Positions 28,506 through 37,923 of a stretch of DNA of 64,000 nucleotides are shown here, in pieces (within the stretch, counting starts at the first letter, position 1; each line of letters starts with the position of its first letter). Location: positions 1 to 64,000 of the forward strand of contig OY761159.2 of assembly GCA_963664395.2 (NCBI GenBank), in the 5' to 3' direction. The notes under the pieces were generated by a model. The model saw only the letters and a list, made by a program, of their open reading frames with translations, was not told where the DNA came from and did no database searches. The DNA comes from Candidatus Binatia bacterium. Lineage in GTDB: Bacteria > Desulfobacterota > Binatia > Bin18. The translations under genes and the position numbers were made by a program.

Positions 28506-29417
28506 ATGGCAGCAAGTGCAACCATGCTTGATCCCTATCCCAGCGTCGAAGTGAAGGCTGAATGGATGCTTCAGCCAGAGGCGATGGGGGGTAAGGAAAA
28601 ATTTTGGTATCGCCAGCCAGGGGAATCAGAGACAAGCTGGTTATTCAAATATCCTCGGGCGGGTACAGGGGAATACTGGGCGGAAAAGATTGTCGCAGAA
28701 ATCGCGGCCTTACTGAGGATTCAACATGCAAGGGTAGAGTTGGCGGTATTTAATGATCGGCCCGGAACTACAACGGAATCTTTTGCTCGCAAAGGCCGAG
28801 AACTTGCACATGGTAACCAAGTATTGGCAAGAAAAATCCGTGGCTACGACCCAGACCTGAAATATGGTCAGTCAATGCACACCTTGTCAAATATTGTACA
28901 GGCACTCGATAGTGTCTATGGGAGCGCCGAAATAGCGCGAACAGCCAAGCTCCGAATCGCCGAGTATGTCGTTCTGGATGCCCTTATCGGCAACACTGAC
29001 CGTCACCACGAGAACTGGGGATTACTCCGAAGGCGTGTTGGCGACCGCTGGAAAAGTCGAGTGGCGCCATCCTTCGACCACGCATCTTCGCTGGGACGGG
29101 AACTTCTGGATGAATACCGAGATAGACTACTGGCAGAGAATCGCATAGGGAGCTATGCAGAAAAGGGACGCGGAGCGGTTTACTGGTCGGAAGACAAAAC
29201 GCATGGGCCAAGCCCGCTGGAATTGGTACGCCGTGCCGCTCGCGACTATTCAGACCTTTTCCGTCCAGCACTGACGAAGCTCGAAAAATTGGACGAAAGC
29301 TCCATGGGCGACCTTGTAAACCGCGTACCCGATGGTTGGATATCCCCTTCAGCCAGAAAATTCGCGATTGTGCTGATGCGCTATAATCTTGAGCAATTAA
29401 GGAGGGTTTTTCTATGA
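28506..29417 (+). CDS. HipA-like Ser/Thr kinase (core domain only)
   Basis: GGKEKFW, WLFKYPR, WAEK, catalytic loop DALIGNTDRHHENWG, APSFDHASSLG. Confidence 0.88.
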   Translation: MAASATMLDPYPSVEVKAEWMLQPEAMGGKEKFWYRQPGESETSWLFKYPRAGTGEYWAEKIVAEIAALLRIQHARVELAVFNDRPGTTTESFARKGRELAHGNQVLARKIRGYDPDLKYGQSMHTLSNIVQALDSVYGSAEIARTAKLRIAEYVVLDALIGNTDRHHENWGLLRRRVGDRWKSRVAPSFDHASSLGRELLDEYRDRLLAENRIGSYAEKGRGAVYWSEDKTHGPSPLELVRRAARDYSDLFRPALTKLEKLDESSMGDLVNRVPDGWISPSARKFAIVLMRYNLEQLRRVFL

Positions 29418-30193
29418 GCGCAAAGACGTTGTTCCTAGCGTGGCAGGACAAAAAAGAGGAGAGCCGACAATGGTTCCCGGTAGGCCGGCTGGATGCCGAT
29501 GTCGAACATCCACTCTATCGCTTCCGCTATACGGGCGGTGCGAAACGAGCAGAGAAGGAGGCCGGGTTTCCACTGTTGATTGAGTTCCCCCGATTGGACG
29601 AAGAATATCGGTCCTCGGAACTGTTTCCGCTATTCCAGAACCGGGTAATGAATCGGGCAAGACCGGACTTCGCCGATTACCTCCGTAGTCTTGACCTCCC
29701 CGAAGAGGCCGATCCCATTGAGATTCTATCGGCAAACGGAGGCTACCGAGCAACAGACGCTTACGAGGTTTTTCCAAAGATCAAGAAGGATGCTGACGGA
29801 AGCTTCACTTACCGCTTCTTTCTGCATGGCTGGCGACACGTCAATCCATCGGCACAGGGGCGGATTGACCGTCTTAAGCCGAGAGAAAAACTGTATATTA
29901 CTCTGGAGTTGACCAATCCGGCGACCGGGTTGGCCGCGCAAATTCAGACAACAGACTACTATATGGTCGGGTGGGCACCGCGTTATCTCGTGTCCGATCT
30001 GACCGAGGCAATGGTCGAATGGCCCGGCAAGTACGAAGCGGAAGTCGTGCGGGTCAACCCCCAACCGACTCCATCGAAGCAGCGTGTTTTGATTGAGATG
30101 CGCGGCTGCTGGAATACCTATGAACCAATGACCGGCGAGGATTTTATTCCCCTGGCCAAGCTAGCGTCGAGTGGTACAGAAGTCGGACGGTAA
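29414..30193 (+). CDS. HipS-like N-terminal domain + HIRAN domain protein
   Basis: N-terminus LFLAWQD..FPVGRL..YRFRY..SSELFPLFQNRV; C-terminus FFLHGWRH..LELTNP..VGWAPRYL; ATGA-coupled to the kinase. Confidence 0.8.
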   Translation: MSAKTLFLAWQDKKEESRQWFPVGRLDADVEHPLYRFRYTGGAKRAEKEAGFPLLIEFPRLDEEYRSSELFPLFQNRVMNRARPDFADYLRSLDLPEEADPIEILSANGGYRATDAYEVFPKIKKDADGSFTYRFFLHGWRHVNPSAQGRIDRLKPREKLYITLELTNPATGLAAQIQTTDYYMVGWAPRYLVSDLTEAMVEWPGKYEAEVVRVNPQPTPSKQRVLIEMRGCWNTYEPMTGEDFIPLAKLASSGTEVGR

Positions 30194-30245
30194 AGCGAGT
30201 CTTTCAGGCGGAACCGGTCATCAAGGTGTCCGATTCGTGGGTGAC

Positions 30246-30589
30246 TACCGTATTCAGGCGTCCGGTCGAACAAGTCGAGACCAAGTTGGCACCAGGTTGT
30301 AATTCTTCGTAACTGCCTGTCGGAAAAGACAATTTCGGATCTCATGAAGGTCCTTGGCCGAAGTGACCGCACCAAATTCAGGAACCAAGTGCTCAAGCCA
30401 CTCCTGGAGGCAGGGTGGTTAGAAATGACCATTCCCGACAAGCCCACAAGCAGCAAGCAGAAATACCGGCTGACTGCCAGAGGCAGAAACCTGTTAGCCC
30501 AACTGGAGGAAGGGGAGCGGAGGTGCTTGGCGGAGCTTGGTGGAAGCGAGCCACAACTGCAACCCATCCCGCGACGACGGCCCACATGA
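30246..30589 (+). pseudogene. Remnant C-terminal winged-helix domain (Fic-like C-terminal / ATP-binding regulator tail)
   Basis: WHQVVILRNC...LMKVLGRSDRTKFRNQVLKPLLEAGWLEMTIPDKPTSSKQKYRLT, with no N-terminal body upstream. Confidence 0.65.
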
Positions 30590-30635
30590 TCCCTTGACCT
30601 GAATCCTACCTCGTCTAAGAACCTTACCAATACCT

Positions 30636-33600
30636 ATGTCGTCATCCCCTTACACCGAAGACACGCTCGTTCAGCAAACGACCACGGATTATCTGGAACA
30701 CCAACTCGGCTGGGAGTCGGTCTATGCCTACAACCGCGAGGACTTCGGACCGGACAGCCTGCTGGGCCGCGCCTCCGACCGCGAGGTAGTGCTGACCCGC
30801 ACACTACGCGAGAGGCTGAGAGCCCTGAATCCGGGTCTGCCCGAGGCCGCCTACGCTGATGCCGTTCGCCAGCTCACCACTAGCGTGGCCTCACAAACCC
30901 TGGTCGCCGCTAACCGCGAGCAATACGCCCTTATCCGTAACGGCGTACAAGTCTCCTTTCGCAACGATAAAGACGAGCTGGTACGGGAACGCCTGCGAGT
31001 CTTCGACTTCGACCAGCCTGCGAACAATCACTTCCTGTGCGTGCGCGAGCTGTGGGTGCGGGGCGACCTGTATCGCCGCCGGGCCGACATCGTCGGCTTT
31101 GTCAACGGCCTGCCGCTGCTGTTTATCGAGTGCAAGAACATCCACCGCAACCTTAAGGCCGCATTCGAGCAGAATTATTCCGATTACAGAGACACCATTC
31201 CACATATTTTCCACCACAACGCGGTGGTGATGTTCGGCAACGGCGACAAGGCCAAGCTCGGTTCCATCACCAGCAAGTGGGAGCACTTTCACGAGTGGAA
31301 ACGGCTCGATGAGGTGGAACCCGGTGTGGTGGACATGGAAACGCTGCTCAAGGGCGTGTGCGACAAGAATACCTTCATGGACTTGGTGGAAAATTTCATC
31401 CTGTTTGACGAGTCGTCGGGCGAGCCAAAGAAAATTCTGGCCCGCAACCATCAGTTCCTGGGCGTCAACCGGGCTATTGAGGCGGTACGCGAACGTGAGG
31501 CGCGCCAGGGCCGGCTGGGCGTCTTCTGGCATACCCAGGGGGCAGGCAAGAGCTACTCGATGGTGATGTTCACCAGGAAGGTGCACCGCAAACTCGGCGG
31601 TAACTTTACCTTCCTGGTGCTGACCGACCGTGACGATCTCGACACCCAGATATACAAGACCTTTGCCGGCTGCGGAGTCGTGGACCACGACAAAGACCCC
31701 TGCCGGGCGGCCAGCGGCGAGGACGTGCACCAATTGCTGGCCCAGCATAAGGCGCACGTCTTCTCACTGATCCAGAAGTTCAATCGGAACGTGGGCCAGG
31801 GTGAGAGCTATACCGAACGCGACGACATCATCGTCATCACCGACGAGGCGCACCGAACGCAGTACGGCACGCTGGCGCTCAACCTGCGCAACGCCCTGCC
31901 GAACGCCAGCTATATTGGTTTTACGGGTACGCCGCTGTTCAAGGATGACGAGATCACCCGGCGGGTGTTTGGCGAGTATGTTTCGACCTATGATTTTCAG
32001 CGGGCAGTGGAGGACCAGGCGACTGTGCCGCTGTACTACGACGCTCGGGGCGACACGCTGGGCGTGGCCATCGGCGATCTGAACGAGCGCATCGCCGATA
32101 CGCTGGAGGAGTTGGAGACCGACGACATCGACACAGAGCAGCGGCTGGAGCAGGAACTGAAGCGCGATTATCACATCATCACAGCGGAAAAGCGGCTCGA
32201 CCAGGTGGCACGCGACTTCGTGCAGCACTACTCCACGGCCTGGGAGACGGGTAAGGCCATGCTGGTGTGCATTGATAAGATCACCTGCGTGCGGATGCAC
32301 AGGCTGATCGAGTTCTACTGGCAAGAGCGCATCAAGGAATTGACCGCGGAAAAGTCGAAGACCGACGACGAGCAGGAGGCGATTTACCGACAACGGCAAA
32401 TCGACTGGATGCACGAGACCCGTGCGGCGGTAGTGGTGAGCGAGGAGCAGGGCGAGGTGGAGAAGTTTCGCAAATGGGAATTGGACATCACCCCGCATCG
32501 CCGCCTCATCAAGGAGGGCATGGACCTGCCCGAATCCATGCGCAGCCAGCCGCGGTTCCACAACATGCAGAGGATGGCGTTGGACGAGGCGTTCAAGGAA
32601 GAAGACCACCCCTTCCGCATCGCCATTGTGTGCGCCATGTGGTTAACCGGTTTCGACGTGCCCAGCCTGTCCACGCTGTATCTCGACAAGCCGCTCAAAG
32701 CCCACACACTGATGCAGGCCATCGCCCGCGCCAACCGGATCAACGAGGGCAAGAACAACGGCCTGATCGTGGACTACTGCGGCGTACTCAAGCACCTGCG
32801 CGCGGCCCTGGCAACGTTTGCCGGCACGCAGCCCGACAGTGGCAGAGAGATTGACCCGGCCAGACCCAATGAAGAACTGCTGGCCGACCTGGCCGAAGCG
32901 ATTGCCTTTGTGCGGGTCTTCCTCAACGAGCGGGGTGCGACGCTGGACGACGTGATCCGAACGTCCGGTTTCGAGCGTAACGCCGCCATTGTGGCGTGCA
33001 AGGAGGCGGCCAATGAGAACGACGAAACCCGTAAGCACTTCGAGGTCCTATGCCGGGAGGTGTTCAAGAAGTTCCGGGCCTGCCTGAACGTATCGGGCGT
33101 GAACATCTACCGCGACGAGCGTGATGCCGTCAACATCGTGTACAAGAGCCTGCAACAGGATCGCGAGCGGGCCGACATCAGCGACATCATCCGCAAGCTG
33201 CATCAAGTGGTGGACGAGGCCATCGAGGTTCGGGCCGACTCCGTAAAAGAAGCACAGGAGCCGTACGACCTTAGTCGGATTGATTTCGGGCGGCTCAAGC
33301 GGGAGTTTGAGCACAGCCCGACAAAGAACACCACCGTCCAAAACCTGCGCCACAGTGTGGAAAACCGGCTCCGACGTTTAATGCAGCAGAACCCGTTGCG
33401 GACCGACTTTCAGCAGCACTATGAAGAGATCGTTGCCGAGTACAACCGCGAGAAGGACCGGGTGGCCATTGAGCAGACCTTTGAGGCATTGTTCAAGCTA
33501 GTGCGGGAACTGGACGAAGAAGAAAACCGGTGGGTTCGTGAGGGCCTGGACAAGGAATCACTGGCGATCTTCGATCTGTTGAAGAAACCCGCGCTCGGCC

Positions 33601-33878
33601 CGGCCGAGATCAAGCAGATCAAGGCAGTGGCGCGCGACCTGCTGGAAAAACTGAAGGCCGAGAAATTACGAATCGACCAGTGGCAGGACAAGGAAGCCAC
33701 CCGCGACGCGGTGCGGGTTGTTATCCGTGATTTTCTCTACAGTGACGAGACCGGCTTGCCGGAGAGCAGCTACAGCGAAGCCGATGTGGGAACAAAGACC
33801 GAGGACGTCTTTCACCACGTCTACCGAGTCTACCCTATGCTCCCCTCGCCATATTACGAAACCGTCGCAGCAGCCTGA
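30636..33878 (+). CDS. hsdR: Type I restriction endonuclease subunit R
   Basis: Nuclease motif ADIVGFVNGLPLLFIECK, Walker A HTQGAGKS, DEAH, FTGTP, MWLTGFD, QAIARANR. Confidence 0.95.
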   Translation: MSSSPYTEDTLVQQTTTDYLEHQLGWESVYAYNREDFGPDSLLGRASDREVVLTRTLRERLRALNPGLPEAAYADAVRQLTTSVASQTLVAANREQYALIRNGVQVSFRNDKDELVRERLRVFDFDQPANNHFLCVRELWVRGDLYRRRADIVGFVNGLPLLFIECKNIHRNLKAAFEQNYSDYRDTIPHIFHHNAVVMFGNGDKAKLGSITSKWEHFHEWKRLDEVEPGVVDMETLLKGVCDKNTFMDLVENFILFDESSGEPKKILARNHQFLGVNRAIEAVREREARQGRLGVFWHTQGAGKSYSMVMFTRKVHRKLGGNFTFLVLTDRDDLDTQIYKTFAGCGVVDHDKDPCRAASGEDVHQLLAQHKAHVFSLIQKFNRNVGQGESYTERDDIIVITDEAHRTQYGTLALNLRNALPNASYIGFTGTPLFKDDEITRRVFGEYVSTYDFQRAVEDQATVPLYYDARGDTLGVAIGDLNERIADTLEELETDDIDTEQRLEQELKRDYHIITAEKRLDQVARDFVQHYSTAWETGKAMLVCIDKITCVRMHRLIEFYWQERIKELTAEKSKTDDEQEAIYRQRQIDWMHETRAAVVVSEEQGEVEKFRKWELDITPHRRLIKEGMDLPESMRSQPRFHNMQRMALDEAFKEEDHPFRIAIVCAMWLTGFDVPSLSTLYLDKPLKAHTLMQAIARANRINEGKNNGLIVDYCGVLKHLRAALATFAGTQPDSGREIDPARPNEELLADLAEAIAFVRVFLNERGATLDDVIRTSGFERNAAIVACKEAANENDETRKHFEVLCREVFKKFRACLNVSGVNIYRDERDAVNIVYKSLQQDRERADISDIIRKLHQVVDEAIEVRADSVKEAQEPYDLSRIDFGRLKREFEHSPTKNTTVQNLRHSVENRLRRLMQQNPLRTDFQQHYEEIVAEYNREKDRVAIEQTFEALFKLVRELDEEENRWVREGLDKESLAIFDLLKKPALGPAEIKQIKAVARDLLEKLKAEKLRIDQWQDKEATRDAVRVVIRDFLYSDETGLPESSYSEADVGTKTEDVFHHVYRVYPMLPSPYYETVAAA

Positions 33879-33975
33879 CCCACACGAATGTTGAGGTACT
33901 TGCTTTAGGCCCGTATAATCCACAGACTTTGTATGCGGCGTTCGATAACACTATTCCAGCCACAAGGGAGGCCCC

Positions 33976-34341
33976 ATGCAACAGGACAAGAGCGAAATCA
34001 AAGGGTTCCACGCGCATGTGTATTATGATGAGTCCAGCCGTGCGACTGCGGCGGGCATACGCGAAGCCGTCAGCGATCAATTCGAGGTCGAGATGGGCCG
34101 TTGGCGCGACGAGCCGGTGGGGCCGCATCCGCAAGCCATGTATCAGGTCGCCTTTCAGCCGGAACAGTTTGAGACCCTCGTTCCCTGGTTGATGTTGAAT
34201 CATTCCGGCCTCAACGTCCTTATCCACCCACGGACTGACGACGATGTGGCCGACCATTCGCACCGCGCCCTGTGGCTTGGGGAAAGACTTGAGTTGAACA
34301 TTCAGTTTTTGCGCGACCTGGAAAAGAAGGAAAAGAAATAG
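33976..34341 (+). CDS. DOPA 4,5-dioxygenase family protein
   Basis: FHAHVYY, VGPHP, WLMLNHSGLNVLIHP, DHSHRALWLG. Confidence 0.9.
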   Translation: MQQDKSEIKGFHAHVYYDESSRATAAGIREAVSDQFEVEMGRWRDEPVGPHPQAMYQVAFQPEQFETLVPWLMLNHSGLNVLIHPRTDDDVADHSHRALWLGERLELNIQFLRDLEKKEKK

Positions 34342-34387
34342 GGATGGAATGACATGCGGCTCGGCGCAATCATCGGTCTCTTATCCT

Positions 34388-34646
34388 CGCAGCCCCATTT
34401 GCGAGATGTTTGGTATTGAGTTTCCCCTGATTGCCTTTACCCACTGTCGAGACGTTGTGGTAGCGGTCTCCAAGGCGGGCGGCATGGGGGTGTTTGGCGC
34501 GGTCGCCCATCCGCCGGATCGCCTGGAAGAAGAGTTGTGTCGGACTGATGAATCGCCAGATGTCCGCCGCGGCCGTAGTCCAAGAGTTCAAAGAAGATTT
34601 TTTTAAGGCCTTCGTGCGCCTGTCTGACGCACTCGAAGCAGAATAA
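34388..34646 (+). pseudogene. Nitronate monooxygenase-family remnant with a large internal deletion
   Basis: The N-terminus RSPICEMFGIEFPLIAFTHCRDVVVAVSKAGGMGVFGA is joined out of frame to the C-terminus VGLMNRQMSAAAVVQEFKEDF...LEAE*. Confidence 0.8.
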
Positions 34647-34667
34647 TGTACTCACCTGGAGGATGCG

Positions 34668-35141
34668 ATGTCTGCCTTTTCTACACTGCTTATTATACTC
34701 GCGTTCAGCCTGGCCGGACTCATTCCGGGTATGGTCCGGACGGCAGCAGCCCTGGATAGCAACACGATTGCTCAGCTCCAGACGGCAAAGGAGATCTATG
34801 TTTCCACCACACGCAAGAGCGGCGAGTGGAGCAGCGCGGCGCCGGTCTGGTTCTGGTATGCCGATGAGGTGATCTATCTCACTGCCTCACCAACCTCGTA
34901 CAAAGCCAAGCGCATTATGAATGGTCGCAACGCAGTGCGTATCGCCGTCGGAGGGAAAGGCGGTCCTACGTTTACCGGCAAAGCCGAGATTTTTACGGAC
35001 GCGGCTATCGTCGAACGCATGGGTGAAGCCTATAACAACAAATACTGGCTTGCCTGGTTGGGCTTTGCGCGGCCACGTGTTAGCCGTGTGGAGTCGGGCA
35101 AGACCGTAGCCATCAAAGTCACACCGGATACCACACAGTAA
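34668..35141 (+). CDS. Pyridoxamine 5'-phosphate oxidase-like (split barrel) protein with signal peptide
   Basis: YVSTTRKSGEWSSAAPVWF, SYKAKRI, AYNNKY; GGAGG RBS. Confidence 0.75.
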   Translation: MSAFSTLLIILAFSLAGLIPGMVRTAAALDSNTIAQLQTAKEIYVSTTRKSGEWSSAAPVWFWYADEVIYLTASPTSYKAKRIMNGRNAVRIAVGGKGGPTFTGKAEIFTDAAIVERMGEAYNNKYWLAWLGFARPRVSRVESGKTVAIKVTPDTTQ

Positions 35142-35159
35142 GGAAAGGAAGGGAAAGCC

Positions 35160-36329
35160 ATGCAACAGATTGATGCCGTTTTGAACCAGGCTGTGGAGTC
35201 CGGAGATATTCCAGGCGTGGTGGCCATGGTCGCCACTGACTCGGGGCCGGTGTACGAGGGCGCATTTGGGACGCGCAAGCTCAATGCCGGACCCGCCATG
35301 ACAACCGACACCGTCTTTCGCATCGCGTCCATGACCAAAGCGGTTGCCTCGGTCGCGGCCATGCAACTCTACGAGCAGGGGAAATTCGGCCTTGATCAGC
35401 CCTTGGGCGAAATCATGCCAGCCCTCGCTCAGCTTGAGGTGCTGGACGGATTTGATGCCGCCGGACAACCGCAACTCCGTCCGGCCAAACGGCCCGTCAC
35501 CGCCCGTCAGCTTTTGACCCATACGGCCGGGTTTGGCTATGAGATCTGGAATCCCGGCCTGGGCCAATACCAGGCAGCAAGCGGGAAACCGGGTATTGCC
35601 AGTGGTAAAAAATCCGCGCTGCACATGCCGCTGGTGAGTGATCCGGGAGAACGCTGGGAATATGGGATTAATACGGATTGGGTCGGTCAACTGGTTGAGG
35701 CGATAAGCGGCCAAACGCTGGGCGACTATCTGGCCCGGCATGTTTTTGAGCCGCTGGGAATGACGGATACCGGCTTTGTGCGTTCCGCCGAGCAGGAGGC
35801 CCGCACCGTCAGCGTCCACCAGCGGAGTGAAGAGGGAACACTCACACCGGCAGAGATTGAGTTGGTTACTCCCGACGCGGAATACCAGAGTGGCGGCCAT
35901 GGCCTGAGCTCCACCGCCGCAGACTATCTGGCTTTTGTCCAGATGATCCTCAAGGGCGGCAGCCATAATGGGCAGCAGCTCCTCAAGCCCGAGACGGTTG
36001 CTCTGATGTCAGAGAACCATATTGGCAATCTCGCTGCCGGAGACATGACCACCGCCATCCCGCCGCTCTCCAATAATGTGCAATTCTCTCCTGGTGTCGT
36101 GCATAAACACGGCCTGGGATTTTTGATTAATACCAGCGCTCTCCCAGGTGCACGTTCGGCTGGCAGCCTGAGCTGGGCCGGCATCTTCAACTCGTATTAC
36201 TGGATTGATCCTGCCAAGCGAGTCGCCGGCGTCATCATGATGCAGATTTTGCCCTTTTGCGATGTCAAAGCAATTCCCGTGTATGAACGCTTTGAACACG
36301 CGACGTATCAGTCTCTAGGCTTGCTTTAG
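35160..36329 (+). CDS. Serine hydrolase, beta-lactamase/esterase family VIII
   Basis: SxxK motif (IASMTK), LLTHTAG, WEYG, PLGMTDT, WAGIFNSYYWIDP. Confidence 0.9.
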   Translation: MQQIDAVLNQAVESGDIPGVVAMVATDSGPVYEGAFGTRKLNAGPAMTTDTVFRIASMTKAVASVAAMQLYEQGKFGLDQPLGEIMPALAQLEVLDGFDAAGQPQLRPAKRPVTARQLLTHTAGFGYEIWNPGLGQYQAASGKPGIASGKKSALHMPLVSDPGERWEYGINTDWVGQLVEAISGQTLGDYLARHVFEPLGMTDTGFVRSAEQEARTVSVHQRSEEGTLTPAEIELVTPDAEYQSGGHGLSSTAADYLAFVQMILKGGSHNGQQLLKPETVALMSENHIGNLAAGDMTTAIPPLSNNVQFSPGVVHKHGLGFLINTSALPGARSAGSLSWAGIFNSYYWIDPAKRVAGVIMMQILPFCDVKAIPVYERFEHATYQSLGLL

Positions 36330-36506
36330 ACTTGCTTTAGACTTAGTCCGGGCTTGCGCTGATATGTCGCTCATTGAGCCCTACCGGAGAGTCGGCTATG
36401 GTTTTCTTACGTTGTTCGATTGTAGCGTGTCTCATCACACTGGGCTGAATCGGGAGCATGACCAGCAGGTAGATGTCCGGCCGGCCCAGGAACTGGAGGA
36501 AAGAGT

Positions 36507-37712
36507 ATGGAACGCCCTTTACGTTTTGGAATTTTTATGGCTCCGTTTCACCCCCCGGGCCAAAACCCAACGCTTGCCCTTGAACGTGACCTGGAACTGA
36601 TCGTGCGGCTCGATGAGCTGGGCTTTGACGAAGCCTGGATCGGCGAACACCATTCAGCCGGCTTGGAGATCATTGCCTCGCCGGAAGTCTTTATTGCTGC
36701 GGCAGCCGCGCGCACCAAGAACATTCGCTTGGGGACGGGCGTCAGCTCCCTGCCCTACCACCATCCGTTGATTCTCGCCGACCGCATAGTGCAGCTCGAC
36801 CATATGACGCGCGGGCGCACCATGTTCGGTGTCGGTCCGGGGGCCCTGCCGTCGGATGCATATATGATGGGCATACCGCCTGACAGTCAGCGGATACGCA
36901 TGGAAGAGTCGCTCGGCGCCATTATGCAGCTTTTGACCTCGGATGAACCGGTCAACCTGGAAACGGACTGGTTCACACTGAAAGATGCCCGCCTCCAGCT
37001 CCGGCCGTACACCTACCCTCATTTTGAGGTTGCGGTAGCCGCAACCGTGTCGCCCGCCGGCCCACGGACGGCGGGACGCTACGGTGCCGGCCTGCTCTCA
37101 CTGGGCGCGACCAGCATGGGCGGTTTTGCCGTTCTGGGCGACCACTGGAAAGTCTGGAATGACCAGGCCCAGGCATACGGTCATACGGTTGATCGGGCAG
37201 ACTGGCGTTTAGTTGGCCCGATGCATATTGCCCCGACCCGCGAGCAGGCCTTCAAAGAGGTTGAATATGGCATTTATGACTGGGTTGATTACTTCCAGAA
37301 TGTCGTTGCCCTGCCCCTCGCACCCGCGGAAAAAGATCCTCGCAAATGGCCCCAGGCATTGGTCGAATCGGGAACGGCCGTCATCGGTACGCCGGACGAT
37401 GCGGTTGCTCAGCTCGAACGGCTGACACAGCAGTCAGGTGGCTTCGGCTGCTATATGCTGATGGCCAATGACTGGGCCGAACGGCGGGCCTGCCTCAATT
37501 CCTACGAGTTATTGGCAAAAGAAGTCTTCCCGCATGTTCAGGGTTCTGCCGAGCGAGCCGTGTCTTCCAGAGAGTGGTGCCGGACAGACCACGACAGCTT
37601 GATTGGCGGAGCGATGAATGCCGTGGCAAAAGAAATCGAGCGGTACGAAAAAGATACCGGCTATCGCCTAGCCATCGCCGATATAGTCCAAGGACAGCCT
37701 AACGCAAAGTAG
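36507..37712 (+). CDS. LLM-class flavin-dependent monooxygenase (limonene 1,2-monooxygenase-like)
   Basis: FGIFMAPFH, EAWIGEHHS, LGTGVSSLPYHHP, GVGPGALPSD. Confidence 0.9.
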   Translation: MERPLRFGIFMAPFHPPGQNPTLALERDLELIVRLDELGFDEAWIGEHHSAGLEIIASPEVFIAAAAARTKNIRLGTGVSSLPYHHPLILADRIVQLDHMTRGRTMFGVGPGALPSDAYMMGIPPDSQRIRMEESLGAIMQLLTSDEPVNLETDWFTLKDARLQLRPYTYPHFEVAVAATVSPAGPRTAGRYGAGLLSLGATSMGGFAVLGDHWKVWNDQAQAYGHTVDRADWRLVGPMHIAPTREQAFKEVEYGIYDWVDYFQNVVALPLAPAEKDPRKWPQALVESGTAVIGTPDDAVAQLERLTQQSGGFGCYMLMANDWAERRACLNSYELLAKEVFPHVQGSAERAVSSREWCRTDHDSLIGGAMNAVAKEIERYEKDTGYRLAIADIVQGQPNAK

Positions 37713-37727
37713 GCAGAGACACCCTAG

Positions 37728-37748
37728 CCCTCTCCCGCTGGGAGAGGG
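37728..37748. repeat. REP-like palindrome CCCTCTCCC-N3-GGGAGAGGG
   Basis: Perfect 9-bp inverted repeat between convergent genes. Confidence 0.6.
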
Positions 37749-37923
37749 TGAAAAGACCTCATACGACAAACTAAAACTACTATAAGGCGTGATCGGTGCT
37801 CCATGCCGTCTCTGTATGCTGACCATCTCACTGTTAGAGACGGACGTGCTCACTACTTTGCCATAAACAAGTTAATAGTGGGGGTGAGTGTTCTGACCCG
37901 ACGGACAGCAGAGGCACGCCGGC

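Noticed and set aside
30891-35966. Long antisense ORFs (30891..31757, 31764..32609, 34887..35966 and similar)
   Set aside because: They are shadows of hsdR and the serine hydrolase caused by GC-rich codon bias, with no recognisable motifs.
36320-36344. 11-bp tandem duplication CTTGCTTTAGA over the serine hydrolase stop as a transposon footprint
   Set aside because: The duplication is real, but no element or inverted repeats accompany it; simple slippage explains it.
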